Sequence record: NC_042056.1
Strand: one strand, 5' to 3'
Length of the DNA: 64,000 bases
Shown: one piece after another, positions 1 to 5,664 of the stretch
How positions within the stretch are numbered: the first letter of the stretch is position 1
Layout of the letters: each line of letters starts with the position of its first letter
Notes under the pieces: model-generated
The model's database searches: none
Seen by the model: only the letters and a program-made list of their open reading frames with translations
Told to the model about the DNA's origin: nothing
Position numbers and translations under genes: made by a program

Positions 1-474
1 ATGACCACGATTGCGTACGACGGGAAAACGCTGGCGTCTGATAGCCAGACGACCCAAGACGGTATTCGCCTGTCGAACTCGGCAGTGAAAATCTTTTCAG
101 CCACACATCGTGACTGGGCAGTCGAGGGGAAGCGCATTGTCGCTTTCGGTGTAGCCGGTAATCTCCACGCCGCTAACGACCTCCGCAACGCAATGGAAAC
201 GTTTGCTGGCCACAAAGCCGGTGACCCGTTTGCCAAAGGTGTGACGTTCGCGTTCATCGCGATTGCCGAAGACCGTACCGTGTTTGTTGGCGGGAAGTAT
301 TCCGATGACGACCGTTCGTGGGTCGTACAAGCTGAATCTCCCGTTGCTGTTGGCAGTGGCGGTGATTTCGCCATAGGTGCCATGGCCGCAGGGGCCAAAG
401 CCGAAGACGCTGTGAGGATTGCATCGAAGTTTGATGTGAACACCAACGATTCGGTTACCTCCATCGATTGTTAG
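1..474 (+). CDS. HslV/proteasome-beta-like Ntn-hydrolase peptidase
   Basis: N-terminus MTTIAYDGKTLASDSQ gives a Thr1 nucleophile after Met removal. It also has GSGGDFAIGAM and a 157-aa size typical of phage HslV-like proteins. Confidence 0.6.
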   Translation: MTTIAYDGKTLASDSQTTQDGIRLSNSAVKIFSATHRDWAVEGKRIVAFGVAGNLHAANDLRNAMETFAGHKAGDPFAKGVTFAFIAIAEDRTVFVGGKYSDDDRSWVVQAESPVAVGSGGDFAIGAMAAGAKAEDAVRIASKFDVNTNDSVTSIDC

Positions 475-486
475 GGAGTTTCACAG

Positions 487-825
487 ATGTCTTCTCACGA
501 TAAACCGCTGATGCTGATTTACAATATCCAGTACACGCTGGATGAAATCGCCAACGCGTTGGGTAACACCCGGATTCCCAATATCCCGATTCTGAAGGAA
601 GTTGTTAGCAACGTTCAGATTCACCAATGGGATGGGTCTAACCACTGCACCGTAGCCGTCGTTACCACCCGCGGTCATATCTGCACGATGGATACATGGC
701 AAGAACCTAACGCAGAAAACCTGCACCGTGTTCTGAACGGTGCGTTGGAACACGCGTTGAAGAATGCAGCTCGGGCGTGGCTCGGTTCGCAAATCAACGG
801 TCTGTCCGACAACGTAGCGTTCTAA
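487..825 (+). CDS. hypothetical protein
   Basis: 112-aa ORF with a GGAG RBS, directly after the peptidase. Confidence 0.7.
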   Translation: MSSHDKPLMLIYNIQYTLDEIANALGNTRIPNIPILKEVVSNVQIHQWDGSNHCTVAVVTTRGHICTMDTWQEPNAENLHRVLNGALEHALKNAARAWLGSQINGLSDNVAF

Positions 826-858
826 AAAAGTCTAATTACAAGAATACCTTGTGATATG
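826..858 (+). promoter_or_regulatory. phage promoter driving tRNA-Trp (AAAAGTCTAATTACAAGAATAC-N7-TATG)
   Basis: The 22-nt motif is identical to 3994-4015 and has the same spacing to TATG. It resembles the phiKZ middle (AAanntTAC) and late (TATG) motifs. Confidence 0.6.
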
Positions 859-882
859 CTGAGAAGCACGTAAATGAATTTT

Positions 883-959
883 GGGGGAGTAGTTCAATTG
901 GCGAGAGCGTCGGATTCCAAATCCGGTTGTTGCAGGTTCGAGTCCTGTCTCCCCTGCCA
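883..959 (+). tRNA. trnW: tRNA-Trp (CCA)
   Basis: Cloverleaf with loop TT-CCA-AA, GTTCGAG T-loop and encoded CCA. Confidence 0.95.
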
Positions 960-1022
960 AATTTAGCCAGCAAGAATGTGAGAAACCGCGGAAGACCAAA
1001 TAGTCAATCGCTGGAGAATCTC

Positions 1023-1250
1023 ATGAACCTGTATTTGCTAGAACGTCAAGACGATGTCGGTTACGACGAGTTTGATTCCATAGTCGTTGCAGCTCCTTCG
1101 GAAGCTGTAGCGCGCGCAACGAAGCCCGGCTGGCGAGGGCGTTGGACTGATGTGTATTGCGACGAAGACGGAGTAATCCTGAGATGCGAACTCATTGGTA
1201 CCACGCACTTAGAGGCTGGGGTCGTCCATGCATCGTTCAATGCAGGCTGA
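1023..1250 (+). CDS. small hypothetical phage protein
   Basis: GGAG RBS before ATG 1023 (MNLYLLERQDDVGYDEFDSIVVAA). The ORF-track start at 927 lies inside the tRNA. Confidence 0.7.
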   Translation: MNLYLLERQDDVGYDEFDSIVVAAPSEAVARATKPGWRGRWTDVYCDEDGVILRCELIGTTHLEAGVVHASFNAG

Positions 1251-1280
1251 ATACCGGTGGGCTTCGGCCCACCACACCTT

Positions 1281-1354
1281 GGGGCGCTGGCCGAGTGGTT
1301 AGGCGCTGGATTGCAAATCCTGTTACCGCGGTTCGATTCCGCGGCGTCCCTCCA
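1281..1354 (+). tRNA. trnC: tRNA-Cys (GCA)
   Basis: GGGGCGC/GCGTCCC acceptor, TT-GCA-AA loop, U discriminator, CCA. Confidence 0.93.
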
Positions 1355-1496
1355 AATCTTCTGTCTCGCCCGACAGATATACTTTACAAAAAAACCCGTA
1401 GAGCCTTTCGGGGGTGAAGCTAGTTGGAGTGGTTGTTCACTCTACGGTCTTCTACTCCTGGGCGCTGGCTCACCCACCTAAAGGATAAAAAGAATT

Positions 1497-1922
1497 ATGT
1501 TCGGTCTTTTCAAAAAACGCGCTAACCGTGCTATGTCTGAAATCAAAAAATTCGACAAACGTGACCTGGCAGAAGCCGTGGTTAACGCCGCTTACCTGAT
1601 TGCGTACGCGGATGGCGAGCTGGAATCTTCTGAGAAATCGAAAATCGATCAGGTGCTGCGTGCCAACCCGGTACTGTCTAACTTCCAGTCCGAGCTGAAC
1701 ACAATTGCTTCTACAATCATCGCTCAGCTGGAAGCGGACATCGACATCGGTCGTCGTGCTGCCCTGCGCCAGATTGCTGATGTGAAAGGCGACCAGCGCG
1801 AGTGTGAAGACGTTCTGGACGTTGCTGTGGCTATTGCCCGTGCTGATGGCGAAATCGAACCGGCAGAAGTTGAAATGCTGAAACAGATCGCCGAAGCGCT
1901 GGGTCTGCGTTACGACGCGTAA
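1497..1922 (+). CDS. terB: TerB-family (tellurite-resistance-like) protein
   Basis: Motifs LIAYADGELESSE and AIARADGEIEPAEVEMLKQIAEALG. Confidence 0.85.
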   Translation: MFGLFKKRANRAMSEIKKFDKRDLAEAVVNAAYLIAYADGELESSEKSKIDQVLRANPVLSNFQSELNTIASTIIAQLEADIDIGRRAALRQIADVKGDQRECEDVLDVAVAIARADGEIEPAEVEMLKQIAEALGLRYDA

Positions 1923-1925
1923 GCC

Positions 1926-2108
1926 ATGAAGCTGAAAACCAAGTTATACATCGGGGCCGCGTTGCTACTGATGCTGCTTGGCAACTTCGTTGGGCGAGCC
2001 TTTACGTTAATCGCCTACGTAGCTGTAATCGGCGTAGTAGCCTATCTGGCCTGGCCTGTCATCAAGAAGTTTGCGGCGAAGTCGCAGGCGAAGGTGAAAG
2101 GCAAGTAG
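1926..2108 (+). CDS. small membrane protein
   Basis: 60 aa with two hydrophobic segments and a basic tail, in an operon with terB. Confidence 0.7.
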   Translation: MKLKTKLYIGAALLLMLLGNFVGRAFTLIAYVAVIGVVAYLAWPVIKKFAAKSQAKVKGK

Positions 2109-2115
2109 TAATTCG

Positions 2116-2148
2116 GTGCGGGGGTCGTTCCCTCCGCACCACCCTTTT
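2116..2148 (+). terminator. intrinsic terminator-like hairpin
   Basis: GGTGCGGGGG/CCCTCCGCACC stem followed by TTTT. Confidence 0.55.
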
Positions 2149-2174
2149 ATTCTCATCTAAAAATAGGTATAACC

Positions 2175-3014
2175 ATGAGAAAGGTGCTTTTCGGAATACT
2201 TGCAGCGTTGACGTTTAGCATGTCCGCAGTCGCGGCAGACGAAGTAGTGATTACCACAGGACAGCAGGGCCTGACCTATAACTCGGTCTATGGCGTTAAT
2301 CTGGCCGGTGCCATCAGCGAGTTCGGTACTCGTGCACGGGTCATCCCGTCGAAGGGGTCGTTAGACAACCTCGATAAAGTTGCCGCCGGTGAAGCCCAGA
2401 TTGGTTTCACGCAGGCAGATGCTTTCCAGTTCTGGCGCGCTAAGCACCCGAACGAAGCGCAGAACGTTGACATCGTCGGTCAGCTGGCCCGTGAATGTGT
2501 CTGGGTCGCTGTCAAGAAAGATGGCAAAGTTAAAGATGCGAAAGATTTAACCGATGGCGTGAAAATCGCAGTCGGTGAACCGGACTCTGGCTCCTACGCC
2601 AGTTGGCAATATCTGCAACAGTTGGTGAAAGAGTATTCCAAAGCGGAAACTTACGCCAAGGGCGGTATCCGTTCGTTGTCCAAAGTGGCAACGGGTGAAT
2701 ACGACGCATTCCTGTGGGTATCTGCGCCGGATAAAAGCAACAAATTCCTCGAAGCGGTCAATCAAGACAGTTCTGGTTTAGAGCTGATTGACATGAGCAC
2801 ATGGAACGTCAACGACAAACTGCCTAACGGCCAGTCTGTGTATACGAAAGAAACGGCCAAGACAGACAAGACCGCGTTCTTCGGTAAGAAAGTTGATGTT
2901 CCGTGCACCACCACACTCGTCGTGGCCAACACTGACGCTGGTGATGATCTGCTCGAAACCGTTTCTACCATCCTCCTGAAAAACAATTCACGAGTGATGG
3001 GGGACAAAAAATAA
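2175..3014 (+). CDS. TAXI-family TRAP solute-binding periplasmic protein
   Basis: Signal peptide plus motifs ITTGQQGLTY, SKGSLDNL, IGFTQAD and IAVGEPDSGS. Confidence 0.8.
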   Translation: MRKVLFGILAALTFSMSAVAADEVVITTGQQGLTYNSVYGVNLAGAISEFGTRARVIPSKGSLDNLDKVAAGEAQIGFTQADAFQFWRAKHPNEAQNVDIVGQLARECVWVAVKKDGKVKDAKDLTDGVKIAVGEPDSGSYASWQYLQQLVKEYSKAETYAKGGIRSLSKVATGEYDAFLWVSAPDKSNKFLEAVNQDSSGLELIDMSTWNVNDKLPNGQSVYTKETAKTDKTAFFGKKVDVPCTTTLVVANTDAGDDLLETVSTILLKNNSRVMGDKK

Positions 3015-3020
3015 AAATAT

Positions 3021-3668
3021 GTACTGACCCAGTGCATCTTTTCGGGCTGGGTAGGGTTAATGTCCCTACCTGCGCGGTGTTCGTTAAGGCTGGTAACGTT
3101 CGCTAAGACCTATCGCATACCCGTAAGTCGATAGCAGCCGGTTACACAAAGAACTATCCATGTGGTAGGTAACCGACCGTTCACGATCTCATTAGGTGAG
3201 CAAATAATCTATGCAAGGACTTCTAGGATTTGTGCTCGACATGATGGGCAGCTTACGCCGCCTCATCAAGCAGTTACGAATCTGGAAGCTTGCCCATTAC
3301 TGGTTTACAGGCGAAAAGGCATCTCGTGAGAGTGTGCCATGCAAACTGCGTATTTACATTAGTATGTTCACTGCGGTGAGCATAGGTCAAGCCCCGGAAC
3401 GATAAGCCGGTCAGCTACGCCTGTAAAATACAATCTGAAAATCATAATGGGATTAAGTTCCCAGATTTGAAAAGGCGACTGTGTGTCGTCGGCGATAACC
3501 CCCCGTCGTGGACTCGGTTATCCCAAAGGTAATGTGAAAGGGGTTGGTGCTTGGAGGCGCTAAGACCGGCGGATACGCTGGCTCAGAAGAAGAAGTCCAT
3601 CAACCCCGTTCTCACCTGAGTAACACCCTTTACAAGGCGTTACTTATATATGCGAAAGCGAGGTGAAC
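3021..3668 (+). ncRNA. putative large (~650 nt) structured ncRNA
   Basis: Intergenic, with more than 12 helices and three nested long-range pairings (see findings). Confidence 0.7.
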
Positions 3669-3995
3669 ATGGGAATGTATCGTGAAGGCCCTGAAAGCAC
3701 GGTGACTCACCGTAATCATGATTACTCTGTGGATGCATTGCTGGATATAGCGGAACGTCATAGCCTCGTTCAAATTCCAGTGTCTAGAATAGAATGGATT
3801 TTAAACGAGACTACGCTCGATGATGAGCGGGTTAAGAATGCAGATACGGATTATCCAATAATCGTGCTGCACGAAGGAAGTTTGTATATTGTATTAGACG
3901 GTGCCCATCGCCTTGCGAAGGCGGTAGCCGAAGGCAAAGACACCATCGCAGCCAAGATATTGGTGCCTGCGAATTTACCGAAACCGGTACGATAA
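3663..3995 (+). CDS. ParB/Srx-like domain protein
   Basis: YPIIV...IVLDGAHRLAKA motif. Start is GTG 3663 or ATG 3669. Confidence 0.75.
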   Translation: MNMGMYREGPESTVTHRNHDYSVDALLDIAERHSLVQIPVSRIEWILNETTLDDERVKNADTDYPIIVLHEGSLYIVLDGAHRLAKAVAEGKDTIAAKILVPANLPKPVR

Positions 3996-4026
3996 AAGTC
4001 TAATTACAAGAATACACTGTATTATG
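3994..4026 (+). promoter_or_regulatory. second copy of the tRNA-cluster promoter
   Basis: 22-nt exact repeat of 826-847 with TATG at 4023-4026. Confidence 0.6.
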
Positions 4027-4113
4027 TCGGAAACCCGATTTGATGTTGCACAGAGCGTTACGCTGCGGCGTTTGCTGGTGTGCAGGGTTAGGTCGGGATT
4101 CTGGCACCTATTT

Positions 4114-4199
4114 GGCGGGTTACTCAAGCGGTCAACGAGAGCAGACTGTAAATCTGTTGCCTTCGGGCTTCGTAGGTTCAAATCCTTCACACGCCACCA
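4114..4199 (+). tRNA. trnY: tRNA-Tyr (GTA)
   Basis: CT-GTA-AA loop, long variable arm and CCA, with one acceptor-stem mismatch. Confidence 0.9.
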
Positions 4200-4205
4200 A
4201 ACAAT

Positions 4206-4425
4206 GGTACCTGTCACAGCAGCCCTTGAGGCTTACGCGATGATGACTGGTCGCCCATTTTACCGGGTAACACATTCCTGCCAGCGCGCTATTGCCGCGA
4301 AGGTTTGCCCCCGGTGTTGTGCGTTATTCGGGTCTACCCACCATCTGCGGATGGTGCGTTGATGTCTCGATATACGCCATAGGGACGCCTTGAGAACTCC
4401 GTGAAATTCGGAGAGGTACCACCCA
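4206..4425 (+). ncRNA. ~220-nt RNA with tRNA-like acceptor stem and T-arm
   Basis: GGTACCT(4206-12)/AGGTACC(4414-20), immediately preceded by CTCCG-TGAAATT-CGGAG; ends ACCCA. Confidence 0.6.
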
Positions 4426-4429
4426 TTCT

Positions 4430-4494
4430 TGTGTTTCCTTATCCTGAAGACATTCCTAAGACAAATTCATTCATGGTCGAGGAAACACAGAACC
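4430..4494 (+). ncRNA. 65-nt stem-loop motif, copy 1
   Basis: 10-bp stem with a 40-nt loop that is conserved with 5563-5629. Confidence 0.65.
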
Positions 4495-4500
4495 TATTCA

Positions 4501-4576
4501 GGTGCTATCGTCTAGTGGCCGAGGATACTACCCTGTCACGGTAGAGACCGGAGTTCGATTCTCCGTAGCACCGCCA
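4501..4576 (+). tRNA. trnD: tRNA-Asp (GTC)
   Basis: Canonical cloverleaf, CT-GTC-AC, CCA. Confidence 0.95.
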
Positions 4577-4584
4577 TTTTCAAA

Positions 4585-4660
4585 TGCGTCTTAGCTCAGT
4601 TGGTAGAGCGCACCCCTGATAAGGGTGAGGCCACTGGTTCAAGTCCAGTAGATGCAACCA
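4585..4660 (+). tRNA. trnI: tRNA-Ile (GAT)
   Basis: Canonical cloverleaf, CT-GAT-AA, CCA. Confidence 0.95.
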
Positions 4661-4667
4661 GTATTGC

Positions 4668-4744
4668 ATTCCCGTCATCTAGTTGGTCCAGGATACGACA
4701 CTTTCACTGTCGGTACACGAGTTCAAATCTCGTCGGGAATACCA
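4668..4744 (+). tRNA. trnE: tRNA-Glu (TTC)
   Basis: Canonical cloverleaf, CT-TTC-AC, CCA. Confidence 0.95.
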
Positions 4745-4749
4745 TTTGT

Positions 4750-4840
4750 AGAGAATTGACTGAGTTGGTTTAAGGTGCTCCCCTGCTAAGGGAGTGTATG
4801 CGAAAGTGTACCATTGGTTCGAATCCAATATTCTCTGCCA
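4750..4840 (+). tRNA. trnS: tRNA-Ser (GCT)
   Basis: CT-GCT-AA, long variable arm, G discriminator, CCA. Confidence 0.95.
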
Positions 4841-4841
4841 T

Positions 4842-5015
4842 GTTCTCTTGCTGTGGGAAATAGAAGCGAACGTAGAAACGCCGGTTAGCTCAAAGCTTAG
4901 AGCGTCTCATCTTCGGATGAGAAGGTTGGGGGCGCAACCCGAAATCCCTATCGGCAACGGCCTGCTTGTCAGGATTAGAAACATCTACGTGGATGGGTAC
5001 TTCTACAGCAAGAAC
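4842..5015 (+). ncRNA. ~175-nt RNA containing a tRNA-like domain with a UUCG-capped anticodon arm
   Basis: 13-bp terminal stem (4846-58/5001-13) and a 7-bp inner stem enclosing a cloverleaf at 4879-4957. Confidence 0.65.
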
Positions 5016-5018
5016 AAA

Positions 5019-5140
5019 ACAGTGGGAGCATTGTCCACTGTGACACCGGCAAAGGTTTCGACCTTGCGGGTTGGGCGGAAGCCCGATGTTCCCCCGAACG
5101 CTGGCCTTCTGGCCAATACAGTGAAAGCTTACCCTTGCCG
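5019..5140 (+). ncRNA. putative structured RNA
   Basis: Several hairpins, two with UUCG and GGAA tetraloops, closed by CGGCAA/TTGCCG. Confidence 0.4.
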
Positions 5141-5221
5141 ATGATCACCTCTTCTGCTGCTGCCAACACACTGTATAACCAGAATCAGTCCTGCCTTAAA
5201 TGGCAAGCGTTCACCCTTTAC

Positions 5222-5299
5222 GTTTCCTCAAGGCGGCTTGGGGTGTTATCTCTCGGCTCTGTTGGGTAACATCGTGGTTCAACTCCATGGGAAACACCA
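5222..5299 (+). tRNA. tRNA-like RNA / pseudo-tRNA without a canonical anticodon loop
   Basis: GTTTCC/GGAAAC acceptor, TTCAACT T-loop and CCA, but a 9-bp arm with a 12-nt loop. Confidence 0.6.
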
Positions 5300-5305
5300 A
5301 ACAAT

Positions 5306-5397
5306 GGCTCCGTAGCTAAATCGGTAGAGGCAGACTTTAATTAGTTCTCCAACGATTTTATAATCGCGTGGTGTAGGTTCAAGTCCTACCGGAGCAA
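5306..5397 (+). pseudogene. degenerate class II (Leu-like) tRNA
   Basis: Acceptor, D-region and T-arm are present. The anticodon arm has a 6-nt TTAATT loop and there is no CCA. Confidence 0.55.
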
Positions 5398-5474
5398 GAG
5401 CACTGCTGTTAAGTTGGTTAACACCCGACCCATACTCGGATATTCGCACGTTCGATTCGTGCCAGTGCTCGCCC
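5398..5474 (+). tRNA. tRNA with CAT anticodon (Met or Ile2), atypical
   Basis: CC-CAT-AC loop (C at 33), 8-bp acceptor pairing, GTTCGAT T-loop; ends GCCC. Confidence 0.7.
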
Positions 5475-5481
5475 TTATTTA

Positions 5482-5557
5482 GACTCTGTAGTTCAGTTGG
5501 TAGAACGGTGGACTGTTAATCCATATGTCGCAGGTTCGAGTCCTGCCAGAGTCGCCA
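5482..5557 (+). tRNA. trnN: tRNA-Asn (GTT)
   Basis: Canonical cloverleaf, CT-GTT-AA, CCA. Confidence 0.95.
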
Positions 5558-5562
5558 CATTT

Positions 5563-5629
5563 TGCATTGCCCGAGTCCCGAATGACATTCCGGAAAAATA
5601 TCATCCATGGTCACGGGCAGTGCAGAACC
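5563..5629 (+). ncRNA. 65-nt stem-loop motif, copy 2
   Basis: 11-bp stem with a different sequence from copy 1 and a conserved 40-nt loop. Confidence 0.65.
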
Positions 5630-5664
5630 AAAATCCCAGCCTTCGCAGAAAAAGCTTACCTGCA

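Noticed and set aside
3211-3405. 64-aa ORF inside the large structured region
   Set aside because: No RBS or recognisable protein features, and it overlaps extensive helices. It is most likely a chance ORF in an ncRNA.
3021-3668. RNase P RNA or group II intron
   Set aside because: AGAAGAAGTCC resembles the RNase P GAGGAAAGUCC but lies at the wrong end. No GUGYG start or domain V hairpin was found.
4206-4425. Canonical tmRNA
   Set aside because: No G3:U70 pair, a non-TTC T-loop, too short, and no evident tag frame. It is kept only as a tRNA-like RNA.
4430-4490. Hammerhead ribozyme (CTGAAGA ... GAAAC)
   Set aside because: Stem I and stem II cannot be formed, and the second copy of the motif lacks CUGAnGA.
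5333-5346. Possible ochre-suppressor (TTA) tRNA or a recoded genome
   Set aside because: The loop is 6 nt and the unit lacks CCA. Core genes are intact under the standard code and use TAA, TGA and TAG as stops.
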